The translations under genes and the position numbers were made by a program. From the NCBI GenBank assembly GCA_021613535.1, contig CP075494.1, positions 9,920,001 to 9,984,000 on the forward strand: 64,000 nt of DNA, written 5' to 3'. Position 1 is the stretch's first letter. Each line of letters begins with the position of its first letter. Below, one piece after another: positions 47,963-64,000 of this stretch. The DNA comes from Adineta vaga (taxonomy: Eukaryota; Animalia; Rotifera). Below the pieces are notes generated by a model, which saw only the letters and a program-made list of their open reading frames with translations, did no database searches and was not told where the DNA came from.

Positions 47963-48988
47963 TTAGTTATTATTATATGGTCGAAGTAATTGCAAGACTT
48001 GTTCGCAATTCCGAACGGCAGTTGCTATATCCTCATGTTCAAGAGCAGAACTTGCATATCGACAAAGTTTTTGTGTTTGAGAGATGATATCGAATGGTAC
48101 ATCTAAAATGGAAACTATATTTTTAAACTTTAAGAATAGGATGAACTTACTAGAGCTACTGGCATGTTGATCATAAGATGTAGGAGATGGGAGTTTGGGT
48201 GGTGAAACGACATGAGATTGTTTCTCCGCTGAAAGAGAAATAATTCCAAATGATCTATGAAGATTTAGTTAATACATACGAGGTTTTATTGGTGCAACTG
48301 CAGCACTACTACCACCACCGGCTTTCAGATCTCGAAAAATTGCAACTGCACGACTTTTCGCAATTTTACCTAATGTAAGAAACTTAAAGGAAACAAAAAC
48401 GGTAAATTTCGATCTTTAATTTATCATTTCGAAATAGTCCTTACATCATCTTTTACTGGTCCAAATACGGAAAGAACATCTGTAAGTCCACCAACAGTAT
48501 AATGTTTTCTCATTAATGATCTTAATTGTTCCGGAGTTTTATATTCATCATCTTCAGCTTCATTTGTCTCGCCAACAAGAATAGTGACTAATTGTTCAAT
48601 TGTTGCTTGACCAGTTGACATTGATTTTATAATAACATCATCTGAATTGTCTCGTTTCATCTAAATTTAAGAAAATACTATCGATTTATAAGAAAATTTG
48701 AGTATGAACATGGTTTTTAATTTACTGTTTCAAGATGATCAAGTACATTTGATATAAATTGTTTATCTTTTTGATGTTTAAATGCTTCATTTGCAATGTA
48801 CATCAAACAATAATATGTAACTGAAATTGTTTGAGAATCTTTTTCATATTCTTTGGCAATACCAAAATGTTGCATCAATTTTACACGTAACTCTTGTGGA
48901 ATTTGTGCTGCTAATGTCTACGAAATAGTATGAATGTGGTTGATTTTTCGAAAGAAAACCGGATTTCTCTTACATCTAATGTAGACAT
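47963..48988 (-). CDS. VTA1: ESCRT/Vps4 cofactor VTA1
   Basis: Manual translation gives N-terminal MIT-like helices (YYCLMY, DVLSVFG) and a C-terminal VSL domain TQKLCRYASSALEHEDIATAVRNCEQVLQLL. Confidence 0.85.
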
Positions 48989-49121
48989 TCTTGATAGTGA
49001 TGGAAATTAATCTAAAATGAAAATGAAAGAAAAGAAAACCGTTGATCCTGTTTAACAGATAATGATTCAATGTTTTATGATAAAAAAAAAGAAAGAATTC
49101 GAATAGAATATTTGAATTAGT

Positions 49122-50400
49122 CTATGGTTCCATGTGTTCTGTTGCGACAATAACTTGTGGGTCAGCATTGCCACTAGATGGTGGTGGTGGTGGAAGATCA
49201 TTTTCACCAACAATCTAAATAATCAGATGAAAATGTTTTGAAAATCTAAGACAAACAACATACTAAAGTATCATCTTGAGCCTGTGGTGCACGTTCATCA
49301 CCTTCGATTGCTGTTAAATATGCTGCAACACGTGCATCATTTAAGATAGCAAATGGTGTGTCTTTTCCGACGACTGCAACTGCACAATTCTAAGCGAAAA
49401 TTGCACTTTAATAAAAGAGAAATATAAATAAATGAAGGCAAATTTACTTTAACGGTTAATTCTACTTCATTCGGTAATGTATCACGCAATGCTCTCATAC
49501 AATGTTTAATTAATTCATCTTGATTTGAGTCAAGAAATTTATCCAGATTTTTTTCTAAATATGTTCGAGCTGATTGAGAACGAGCACCAATTGCCATCGA
49601 TTTGCATGAATAATAGTTTGCAGATGGACATAATTGATATAGATGTGTACCTTTCTCCTATTAATAAAAAAATATTTGCTATTAGATCGAAGAAATCATT
49701 CAATTGATTATACATCATAACCAGCCATAAGAAAACCAACGCCAAACGGTCGACGTCCATAACGTTGAGTTGGAACTTGACATTCTAAAATAAATCGAAT
49801 GTATTAAATAGAATATGAATCATTTCTTTTCATTACTATTGCTAACATGATCCATTAATCTCGTCACCGGCATAGGTTTATCAAAACCATATTGATGATT
49901 GATACATTCAGTACGCATAAAACGACTAAAAATACGCGAAAAGAGAGCTATGATTTCGAAATGAAATGTTGAAAGTTTTCTACCAAAGGATACGAGCATC
50001 TGATGCTAATCCAGCAATTGATACACCAATATGATCATCAATAAACATAATTTTCTTCTGATGAGCCGATAATTCCGAGGGTGCACGCTAAAATATTCAA
50101 ATTCGACGCTGAAATTTTTATCATTCAAATTAACAGACTTTTAAAGCACAAAGAACAACATGAGTTTTCGATTTAAGTGCAACAGTTGCTGCACCTTGTT
50201 TCACAGCTTCCATAGCATATTCAATTTGATAAAGTCTTCCCTATACATAAATAAATATCAACAAAAGAATGAAAAAAGAATGAAATTTGAAATATACTTG
50301 AGGACTCCAGATGCTAACATCGTGATCATATTGATTACGGAACTAGGAAAATGAAAAATGAGTATGAGAAAATCGAAGATTTAGTATGTATGATTACCAT
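49122..50400 (-). CDS. PSMA1: Proteasome subunit alpha type-1
   Basis: ATG-only first coding exon, then [38 protein letters not shown] and [13 protein letters not shown]; ends EHMEP*. Confidence 0.95.
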
Positions 50401-51007
50401 TATAGAATTTTAGATCAAATTGATCAATTAAATTTATCTATAATCGAGCGAAAAAAAAACAAGAAGAGAAAAATTTGAATTGCTGTGCTGTGTCAATTGA
50501 ATGATTCATTCGATCGAATCGTTTCTTAAGAAATAAAAAACATCATTTTCAAATCTTACATTGCCATTTAAATTAAGAAAATTTTTATCAACAAAACAAT
50601 TATTATCTGAATTTTTAACTTATGATGAAAATATTCCGTAGATGTCACCACTATACTAACCAATTGTAAAGAAAAATTTAAACTTCATCTTTCGGGAATA
50701 AAGTCAGGAATGAATATAAAGCATTTATGTTTTCTTTTTTTATTCTAAAATCATTTTTCCGATAATCTTCAATAGTTATAATATTTCAATTTGTCTCTTA
50801 TTCAATGTAAATATATTTGCATTGCCTCAACAACGAGAACGTCTTGTCAATATAGTAAACATATTTGAGAAAATTTCTGCTAAGCATATCACTATTAAAT
50901 CCAAATGAAAACATTGAACTTAATCATGATGTTATTTTTCAATGTCGAAAAAGAAAAGTTAATCAGTAAGAACAACAATTGTGAAATGTACGATAATGTT
51001 GACATAG

Positions 51008-51041
<34 letters not shown>

Positions 51042-53035
51042 TTCTTGCATGCTATTTTTATTCGTTCTTAATCATGATTTCATCGTTTACAGAAGACAAT
51101 AGAATGAAGCACGAGTCGAAGTAATCATTTTTCTTCTAGTCAAATGTGCTTGTGTTCTTGAAGACATACATTCAAATTGACTTGATGAAGTCTTGCAAGG
51201 ACTATATTCTTCTTCAATTGCAATGCGTAATATTATCCATTGATGATAAGGTGTCTGGTAGTCTATGTGTTATTCTCTTTGAATAGTTCTTAAAGGCTTC
51301 TGTTGACGATAATGCTAAATCTTCATATATGCTTTGTCAATAGCATCTTACAATGGATAAAGTAGTGTTTATTCTATAAATGGATTGACGTTAAAATAGA
51401 AGAGAATTAAAAGTAAAAGATTGTATCGAATCATTCGTTATTACAAATAATCATCTACCTTCTCTCTCTCTCTCTCGTCTACTTCTTTTCGACCAATTAA
51501 TTTTAAACACGGATGAACTGTACTTGAATGGTCTCATTCATCCTCTTTCAGCTAGTTTAAGGTTTCAATGAAATTACAAAAAAATTACTCGTAAAGTTCT
51601 TCATCATTCGATCAAAAAACTCTTCACTTCGAACAGAAAATTAATGGCAACAAATTATTTTTATCCAAAATTTTGTCTGCATAACGATTTAACATATCAT
51701 CTACGTGATACAACAACTCGGTAAGCATTAGAGAAATACTAACACAGGTGCTGATGTCGACATCTTACAATAACATTAGTTGATCGATTATTGTTTATTT
51801 TTACAAAAGCAATGATATCTGTTCATATTCGAACACACGTCTTTACTCTAATTGAATGTCCTTTTTTTTCTTCTACTTCTTCTTATTCTCAGATCAATAT
51901 ATGTATATTATTCTTATTTTTATGCATACGATCGCAATCGTGAAGATGGAAACGGCACGTCTTTCAATCGCGCTCTTTCTTTTTTTCTTTCTTTTTTCAT
52001 GTTCAAAGTCAAAGCGCATGCATTAGGGATTCGTATAGAATGAAAAGAAACGAAAACAGAGCAATACTATTGTATATGTGCTTGACAGAGTGCATTTTAA
52101 ACAAAAGACATCGTCGAATGTATGAAGAAGAGCAAATACTCTTGAAAACAAGAATGAATGAATGAATGAATATGATGAGGATTTTTTTTTGATCAAATCT
52201 CAATAAGTAACTTTTTAATCATCAATTTGAACTATTGATTTATCAAATCAAACAATTTCAGTAGTGAGATTGAGTTGTTCTCATTGTCTTTTAACTCAGA
52301 AAACGAGAGACAGAATTTTCTCGAATTAATCACTTGAAATGATAGTCAATGTCATATTTCATTTTTCTGATTGTTGTTATTGACATCATCAACAAATAAT
52401 ATGTCAACTACTTAAACATTGAGATGATCATATTTGTTGTTGACTTATAAGAAGGAAAATCTTTTAAAATAATTTTAACTATGCAAACAAAACTCGAAAT
52501 GATATTAGTAAATATGACAAGAGAAAAAAAAACTTGTTACTAATTCAAGTGTTCGTTACACTTCAAGAGAAATCAAAACGAATTCATGGACACGTCCATG
52601 TCTTTCATTTTTTTTCTGTAAATCTGATTCGTTCTCGAATATTTTTCTTATCAACCAATTGCGAAAAGCAAATAAGAAAAGAATAACATTACTACACCAT
52701 CATCATCTTGTTTGACTGGTGTGTCGAACAACATCATTAAAAGCATTGCTCGCTTCTAATAGGTTCGGTTCATCCGAACGAAAGAAATAGAGAGAGAGAG
52801 AGAGCGATTTTAATCTCCTTTTCTCTCTCTCTCTCCTTCTCCCTCTTGATTATGCATCGGATTCAAACGAATAGCTGATAGGTTTCTTCTTGCACAAGAA
52901 AAAAAAAAGAAATACAAACACAGAAAGAGAGCGAGGGAGAGAAAGATCGTGTTTTCATGCAATAATTGTAACGATAACATAAGCAAAAGTAGTCATAGTT
53001 GTAGTAGTAGTGGTTTTTTGAATCTCTAAAACATA

Positions 53036-54540
53036 ATGACAGCAGTGAATCGCATTGGCATGGATTCTGCTCCAGTCGATGTTTCATCATCATTATGGCG
53101 TGCTGCCGATACTTCATCATTCGATGGGTAAGTTAAAGTAAAAGAAGGAAAGGGAGAAGAAAAAAAATTCATTAGAAAAACTTCAAAGAAATAAGATAAC
53201 AGAAAATAAGATTTTCTTATCATTTCATTTTTAATAGAAGTTTTATCTCACCTTGGCGAGATCATCATCATTCGCACGAATATACCCCTTTTCGATTTTC
53301 TGATCCTCATCATCATCATCATTATGATCCAACATCATCTTACTATACTGATGCAGCAACTGCAGCAGCTATTGATTCTTATGCATCATCGGCCACGTCC
53401 TATTCACCTTATATGGTACATCATCATTCACCTACAACGACAACAATCTCAGGAGCAGCAGCAGGAACAAGTAATTCATCATCAGTTAAGCCTGAATCTA
53501 CCACAGCCACTGCTTTGCAATCCGCTTTTGGTCTATCAACTCCAATGAATGTTAATGTTTCTATGAATTTCAATTCTCATAATGTTCAGTATACAACAGG
53601 TTATGGTACAAGTACGAATCCAACAACAGGTTTTAGTACGACACCTTATGAGTCATTCTATAATCCATCAACTGTTTCACATTATCCATTTACGAATCAT
53701 TCACCTGAACTTAAACCAACTCGTTCATCAGATCCAGTCACTACAAAACAAGCAATGCTTCTCTCTGCTGCCGCTGTTAATTATGATTATAAAGATTTAT
53801 CGAAATTATGTGATTTTTTTCCAACATCATCACCGCTGAATTCTAATGAGAAGCGAAGGTATGTATGATTGACTCTATTGACAAAAGAGAAAAAACATTT
53901 TTCTTTTTTTTTTCTTTCTTTAATCAGTCATTGGTCCGCACCAAAATCATCATCATCAATTCATCCTAAAAATAACGAAGGAAGAATAAATCGTTGTCGA
54001 ATCTGTGGAAAAGTCTATGCCAGACCAAGTACACTTAAAACGCATTTACGTACACATTCGGGTGAAAAAGTAAGATCAAATAGAATTGTCAAATTCATTC
54101 TTTTCTTCTTTTCTCAACCGATTTCTAGCCATATAAATGTGATAAATGTTCGAAAGCATTTACTCAAGCAGCCAATCTTACTGCCCATTTACGAACACAT
54201 TCAGGAGAAAAACCATTTTCATGTGATATATGTGGAAGAAAATTTTCTCAAAGTTCATCCGTTACGACACATATGAGAACGCATTCAGGTGAACGACCAT
54301 ATCAATGTAAATATTGTCGAAAAGCATTTTCGGATAGTTCAACATTAACAAAACATATGCGTGTACATAGTGGAGGTAAGAAACCAAAAACAAAAAAAAA
54401 GAAAGAAACGATTATTTTCATCTATACTTTTAGAAAAACCATATGAATGTTCATTGTGTCGTCTTCGTTTTTCTCAATCAGGAAATCTTAATCGTCACAT
54501 GAGAATACATATGAATGGGGGAAGTCATCATACTAAATAA
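53036..54540 (+). CDS. gl: Glass-family C2H2 zinc-finger transcription factor
   Basis: Five fingers with the Glass recognition helices [34 protein letters not shown] and QSGNLNRH. Confidence 0.9.
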
Positions 54541-55231
54541 CAATATTGTTGTTTTGTTTTTTGTGAATATTTATATACATATACATAGCGCTGTCTTTCG
54601 TTGTCATGCGTTCTGTTTTCTGTTTTTCATTTTACTTTATTCTATTTTTTATTTCATTATAATTCTTTTGTTTTGTTTTTTGTTTTTTTTTGTCAATGGA
54701 AATTATTTCTATGATAGAGCAAAGGAGAAAAAACATGATATACATATATATTATATGATAATGAAAAGTTCGTTTTTCGTTTAACCAATCAAATGAAATT
54801 TCTCTCTTATATAAATTGGTCTCGGTGTCTATTTTCCCCACTGATTCTTATAGGAAAAACAAGAAACATAAACTTACCATTGTTAGATATCATGGACGAT
54901 GAATCAAGTAATCATGATCGAAATGAACAATGAACCACACTGACAAAAGCTTCATCACTTCTGACTAAGAAAGAAAAGGCTAATCCTATCTATGTTGACA
55001 TCCGATGTGCTTAGATGAAACAACTACCGCTTTATTTGTCTCATTATAGATATCATTTTTGTTTCTTTAATTGAATACTTGTGTGTATTACACAAAAGTA
55101 GAGATAACGGGTAAGTGTAAAAATCTTTTTTTAAAGATAAATAGACGAAATGTTTCACAAAAAAAGAATCTATGAACAGAAAAAGAAATGTCTTTGTATG
55201 ATTGTAGTTGTTCCTATAGTCATAAGTAATT

Positions 55232-56388
55232 CTATCCAATGACAGTTAGAACAGCAGATGCATAACTAACACTTGAATCATTCGATTTTTTTACTCGATT
55301 TGATTGAGCATATTTGACAAATTGCATGAGAAATTTTGGTAATTGACTCGACGGAATAACTTTTTTTGATTGTTCAATTGTCTAAAATAGAAAAAAGAAA
55401 ATTCTATCTCTGTATGAATGAAAGGTCACATCGAAACATACAGCAAGTAAAAGACTAATTGGATAACGACCACAAATGGTATTATCAGTTGATCGAAGAT
55501 ATTTATGAAAATCTGATAAGGTCAGTTTTTCAATTAATTCCATTCCTTGATGATCTAATTTTTCAATAAATTGCCAAATTTCACCATCAGCTGGATTATG
55601 AGGTTGATAAGAAAATCGTCGACCTAGCAATGAAGAATATATCAAGAAATATTTATCTTATGTTAAAATATCAACCTTACATACCCCAATGACAAAAATC
55701 AGATGAAATAACGAATAAATTTTTTGGATCACAAAGATATGGTGCTAATAATTGTCCATATTTTTCGAGTTTTGAAGAATCAAGTGAACCAACAAGAATT
55801 GGAATTAATCGAAAATCTTTACGTTTTCTAAAATAAAAATTTATATTTCGATTATTTTTAAATACTATGCACTCAAATGACAAATAAGAATTTCACTATT
55901 GACATAAACTATACTTCTCTTATCTTTCCGAGAATGAAATCTTACCGTTCAAAAACTTTTGCAATATATGGTAAATGCATTTCTAATGAATGCTCATCGG
56001 AATCTTGTTGTTGATCCATAATCGAAAAAAGACCCGTTCTATACAAATCAGTTGATGTTTGTGTATCAATTTGAATATTATACAATGGTGTTTGATATTG
56101 TGTATGATTTGTTAATGCACAATTATCTAAACTATAATGATGAGATGGACCAAGAAGAAAAACACGATCGATATCAGTTGGATCGATATTTTTATATGCG
56201 AATGCAGCTGTTGGCCCACTATAATTGTATCCAGCATGTGGAGCAATGATAGCTCGTGCTTTGCATTTTGTATTGGAAGTATTATTTGCATCGACAAGCC
56301 ATGTTGATAGTTGTTGATCGAGATGTTTACCATCCGATTCATACCAACTGCCAGCATGTGACGCTTCACGAATAGAATTACTTGACAT
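55232..56388 (-). CDS. MEMO1: Protein MEMO1
   Basis: [52 protein letters not shown] and SSVSYAS. Confidence 0.95.
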
Positions 56389-57237
56389 CTGAAAAAGACT
56401 TCGATTTATTGTATATTTATTAATGTATATGAAATCAACAAGAAAAAAGTAGATGTTAAGAAAGATAAATCACGTTTTATTTGTTTGGGAAAAAATCGAT
56501 AAATTGCTGATAAATTCGTCTAGTTTTGCAATAAAAATTTCTTGATCGGAATTAATTATATCTACTGCAGATAAAAGAGGATTTTTTACAATATTGTTGA
56601 CAAATATCTAAAAGAAAATCAACGAAAATATTCACATTCGATGATCGAATTGACTTACTGTACTATATAATTGATGTAAAATATCACGAATATTGCCAAC
56701 ATTATTATCTGTATTCAATACGAATTTTAGTCCAGTTACCGTTTCATAATAATGTAATTTATAACAATTGGTTTTAAAACTTAGAAAACCATCTTTTCTG
56801 AAAAAATAAATAAACGATATGCAGAAAAAAAGAATGTCTTTCTATTGAATAAAACGTACAAATCTGTTGGTGATAAACGTTGTACAAATGATTTGACTGA
56901 ATAAAGAAATCCATTCATCAATTTAAATTCCTACAACGAAGTCAAAATCAAGAATATATGAGATTGAATCATTGTAGGGAGTGTAACTAACTTCTTCTTG
57001 GGTCATATTTGTTTGCTTTCTTCGTAACCATTCTCGATAGAATAGACATTGTCCAGTTCGATTAAAAATATATAAATTATACACAACCATCTAAAATAAT
57101 TCTGGTTTTTCTTTTGAAAAAAAACAACAAAATGAGGGTCAAGACTTTTCTCCGCTTTCCTTTTTTTTTGCAATCGCACGATTATATAAACGTTTAAAGA
57201 GAAAAAAAGCACAACAGAAAAAAAAATTTGAACACGA

Positions 57238-59562
<2,325 letters not shown>

Positions 59563-60139
59563 GTTTAATCTATGTTATTTATTTATTATAGTGCTCTGCT
59601 CTACTATTTCAGTCTCACACACATACACATTCATCCGAAAGCAGTAACCACTCACAAATTTATCCATTACTTTTCTTTTCTGATAAATCATTAAGAGATG
59701 TCGCCGTGATACGTCTTGGATTTATGAAGGAATATTTGCAAAGTAAAAAGTAAGTATAATATTGTCAATCGACTTACGGAAAATTGCACAACCACTTTCA
59801 TCAACGATTCTCTAATTTTATTTAAAGCACGATAATGGTAAGGACAGCGGTATAGCATCTTGTAGAGTAGTACCGAAAGGTAATGAATGATCCATAAGAA
59901 CTGAGTAGCAGAATTGAAATGTGGCGTTTGAAACTATTGCACATTTCTACTTGACAAAAAGTCTTAGAAAAACTAATTCTTTTCGTCATTTCTTACATTT
60001 TCATTCATCTAGTCCATAGTGGACCAATTTAAATAAGTTCACATGAACTTGAGTATGTTTACGACGGTTTGAAGAAAAATCGTATTGTTTCTTTTAAACT
60101 AGAGCATCTGTTTATTCTGAAGTAGAAGATCTTATTGTT

Positions 60140-60206
60140 ATGGATTATCTATTTCATCGTTGTCATCTTCTAAATGTTCAATAGCATTTTGAACTTATTC
60201 TTCTTC
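60140..60206 (-). pseudogene. Diverged partial duplicate of METAP2 exon 1
   Basis: ATCTATTTCATCGTTGTCATCTTCTAAATGTTCAATAGCATTTTGAACTTATTCTTCTTC aligns with ~59482-59541 (ATCTATTTCCTCATCATCATCTTCTGATTGTTCAACAGCATTTTGAACTCGTTCTTCTTC). Confidence 0.7.
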
Positions 60207-61899
60207 GAAAAAGAACAATCAATGGCACTGTACTACATCACTCTTGTACATTTATTTCATATGTATTAAAAATGACTTCTTTGTCAAGGATTTGGATTGA
60301 GTATAGATTTGAATCTACCACTCATCAGAACACAGTACGCTTATTATCTTTAGCTATATGATGAGGTACAAATTATTTTTGTGAGTAATTCGTACTCATT
60401 TCAAAAATTTTATTTCCTAATGTTCAATAGAAATTATCATTCAAACAAGAACAAACGTTAGTATTAAATGAGAAGAATACAAAGATCATCCAGCTTCCAC
60501 GAAATTGATAAATGCTAGGTTGTCTCTCAATAACATAATTGTAATGATGGCTCCGACAAGAAACTGCATTAATCTGTAATTTTGACTTGATTAACCAGTG
60601 TTATTCGGCTCTGCTATTCGCATTGACCTTGATGAGTAATCTAGTCCAAGAAAAAGAGTGCAATATTCATTAAAATAATGAATAGAATTTCAAAGAAATA
60701 GAAATGAATTAAAAAGCAGAAGTAAATTTTTCATGATATAACATCATTCAAAAATACAATAAATTTATGAAAAAGAAGATTCTAACGAATAAAAATTAAT
60801 TGCTATCCTCTTTTCATGTCGAAAAATATTTTATATGCCTTCATTATTTATCATAATATCGGAACAAAGGCATCAGTGTGTTATTAAATACCTTTCTGGA
60901 TGCATTTCCTATTGTAATTTGTGCAAAGCTCCATTATGACCGTAATTTATTTACGTGTGAGTACTTTCAACCATCTTGAGTTTGATATTCCATACAGATT
61001 AAAATTTCGTTACTTCTTACTTTTGCTGCTGAAGTTAAAATTCGATTCCAATATAATTACAAATAGTCAACATGCATTGATCGAGTTTCTAATTTGTTTT
61101 TGAGCTTTTTTTATTTTTCTATAAAAAAATAAACACGTAATATTATATGTGAAACTATTAGTGTCATATTTGAAGAAAAGAAAAGAAAACAGTTAGATTG
61201 GTGTACCTCGATAAGAGTTTCTTAAGGTATTATTCTTTTTTCTTAATTCAAATAAGTATCGGCGGGTAGAAGTAAAACTAGTTATTTGCATTTCTTTTAT
61301 ACAAAAGCACCTTTGAAAAAGAACATCTTGATTACATAGTTTTTTTTCTCTCCATCTCTTTCTCTGCAAAACATAGTTTGTAGCTAAACAATTTTGAAAC
61401 ATCAAATCTCTGTTGAAGACAAGATTTCTTTACGTTACAAGTCATGACAAGTTAAACAAATCCACCTCCGTTTTTTTTCTCGGGAATTTTAATATTTAAG
61501 GTCATAAAGTACTATCCTGCTCAGAGCTAGATTGATATTATACTGCGTTTGATTTTATTTTTCCATAATTATATATAAGTAATGTTAAACATTACTTTCC
61601 AATGTTATTGCACTCAAATAATATTTTACAATTGCAGGTAAGACATTTATTTATTCACTCACTCACAGTTCAACAGTGTTCAGAGAATTATATTTATCTT
61701 TTTCTCTGCCATATGGATGTTTTTTTTCTAGAATTAACATAACAGATAGTATAATATGATAGTAAAATTTTTATTTATTAATTATCAATATTCAAAAATG
61801 TTAGGCGAGAACAAGGTTTTTGTTAGAAATAATTGATTGAAAAGTTTCTGCATCAGAAATGAATTATTTGAACAGTATAACGATGAATAAATATTTCAT

Positions 61900-63082
61900 T
61901 TAAGCACGTCTCTGATTAGGTTCAGCAAAGTTAGAAAAATCCTAAATAGAGCGAAGTTTACTTCCGATGAATATAGAAAAGAAATTCAAAGAATATTACG
62001 ATTAAAAATAATGCACCAAGTGCGACAGCTTTCATTTTTACATCCAGATCTAATGGTACTAAAAACAAGAGAAGAATCAAAATTACAGTCATGCATAGTT
62101 AAAGAATTGCAATAATACTTCGAATAGAAAATGTATCAGCCGTTGTCATTGCTTCTGCTAGAAATCCACGATATTTCTTATGAATAGCGCCAATTTCTGT
62201 GCTTGCATCATTTCCATATAACTATAATACAGTGATCGATTATCTTTCAAAAGGAACAAACATATTTCTTCTTACGGTAAATTTATTTTCACAACAACAG
62301 GCATATGGACCATCACAGATACATCCTGGACCAACAATATGCAAGACAGGACTTCCTGCTGCATCTTTTAATACATAATTCATACGCCAACAACTACATC
62401 TAGATACAGAAAAACAAAAAGGTAAACTTGTTCATCATCCTTTGTTGACATACTCTTGCGAAACAAAACCAATGATAGTTCCCGGAGGTGATTCAATAGT
62501 CACTTCTTGAACACACCCGGCACAACAAGCAAACCAACAACAACCGGAACAACATTTAAATTCACGTTTAATTCGTATGACTTCCTAAAAGTAATTATGT
62601 TTTCAAAATTATATAATCAGATTCGATTTCCTTAATCACATACTTGATTTGCACTATCAACAATATGAAGATCAAATCGACGAGTTTTAGGACAATATAA
62701 ACGTTGACATATGTCAGATTCTAGACGAATAAGAATCTTAATTTCACAAAGAATCGATTAAGTATCAAACATTACCTTCGAATGCGTAGTAAACTTGTTC
62801 ACCTTTATCATTAAATATTCCATATTTTGCTTGCGATGGAATACCAACCATCACTAAACAAATCAAATAGTATTTTTTATAGTTATAATTTTAATTATCG
62901 TTTCATTTACTTTCAGTAAGTGAAACAACTTGTTTCGCTAATAATGATTCTAATGGTCTTAAATATGCAAGACCACTGGGATCACCCGGAGGTTTATCCA
63001 TCCATCTTTGTTGTTGTTGAGGATTCATAATATTATTCCCCAACATTTCATTTGCCTGTGCCATAAGAAAAGCTCCATTCAT
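61900..63082 (-). CDS. Phospholipid scramblase family protein (absent from the ORF track because its exons are short)
   Basis: Manual translation gives PSGLAYLRPL, REFKCCSGCCWFACC, IESPPGTIIGFV, IVGPGCIC, IGAIHKKYRG, ADTFSI and PLDLDVKMKAVALGALFLIDF. The start is approximate. Confidence 0.88.
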
Positions 63083-64000
63083 TTTTAACTTTTAGGGTTG
63101 GTGTTTTACTCTCCTAAAAATAGTAAGAAATATTCTAGATAAAACAAGAAAAACGGCTCGTTTTTCTTTTTTTTATTTCTTTATTTTTGTTTCCGTTCGT
63201 CCTATTTTCCATGCGTTGAACGATGAGTGCTCGTCCGTTTCTAGATAAATTTGAGGAAAAACGCTGTTTGCCATTCAGAATTCAGACAGCTAAGGTGTTA
63301 ACAACGGCAACATGTTTTCCTGTTCTTCCTTAGCAACCGTAGAAGAAAAATGTAAAGATAATATTTAGCAAGAAATTGAATCAAATGAAAAGAAGAGAAA
63401 GAAGTTCAAGCGAACGTCTCTTATATTGTAAATAGAATGATAATAACATTGTGTAAATAGTTCTAGTTGAAGAGGCTGTTTAAAATGATCCATACGATTA
63501 ACATCATCCTATTAAAGAACGGAATCAACAAAATAAGAGAAAATGCGGAAATATGTTAAGAGAGATAAAAATCATGAAAGTAGGCGTTATGGTTTTATGT
63601 TCGATTCTATCGAGATATATAAATATATTTATGATGGATCATGTACCATTGAATTTATGATTTTTCAAGTGTAAATATGTTACATATCAGACTTTATAAT
63701 TCTATTTCTAGTGAGAAAAACCTCGATAATATATAACATATTTTTCACTTCATTTACTTTATATTATAGACAATTGTTAATCATCGTCTGTTTCCTACTT
63801 ATTTTATTGATGTGGCAATGGAAAACAAGGAAAAAAACCTATTTACAGCATAATAACGATATACAGCCAATGTTCTGAATTAACACGTATTTTAGGGGTA
63901 AAACTCTCGATAAGAAAAAAAACTGATTATCCAATGCAAGTATTTGCAAAATAACAGAAGTAAATATTTGATAACAGAAGTTCAAAAATTAAGCATATAT

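Noticed and set aside
60470-60650. Hydrophobic interrupted reading frame on the minus strand (MQFLVGAIITIMLL...)
   Set aside because: Too short and stop-ridden to assign to any family by eye.

Overview
AT-rich, gene-dense eukaryotic DNA with many short (~50-60 bp) GT-AG introns, most likely from a bdelloid rotifer. That inference rests mainly on the spliced-leader sequence. The standout feature is at 3.3-6.1 kb: three ~350-430 bp palindromes that look like foldback MITEs but resolve into six near-identical spliced-leader (SL) RNA genes (exon GCTTATTACAACTTACCAAGAG followed by a GTAAAT donor). They form three head-to-head pairs, each sharing a 133-134 bp bidirectional spacer. The spacer carries two motifs at exactly -51..-40 and -28..-23 from every one of the six starts, and the pairs show a mosaic pattern suggesting gene conversion. 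The window also holds likely users of that system: a candidate operon (PSMA1 to VTA1, ~108 bp gap, unpaired splice acceptor) and several genes with AG acceptors just before the ATG. Other genes: GH18 chitinase, SH3 protein, tRNA-Pro, fungal-like GT32 glycosyltransferase flanked by transposon relics, TBC1D30, a divergent FoxN, CEP41, an orphan GPCR with a very long charged tail, RBM12, AASDHPPT, DHDH, an AMPA-type iGluR with His at the Q/R site, an opsin, FIS1, glass, MEMO1, METAP2 and a scramblase. Exon boundaries were read by eye, and family calls come from remembered motifs, not database searches.
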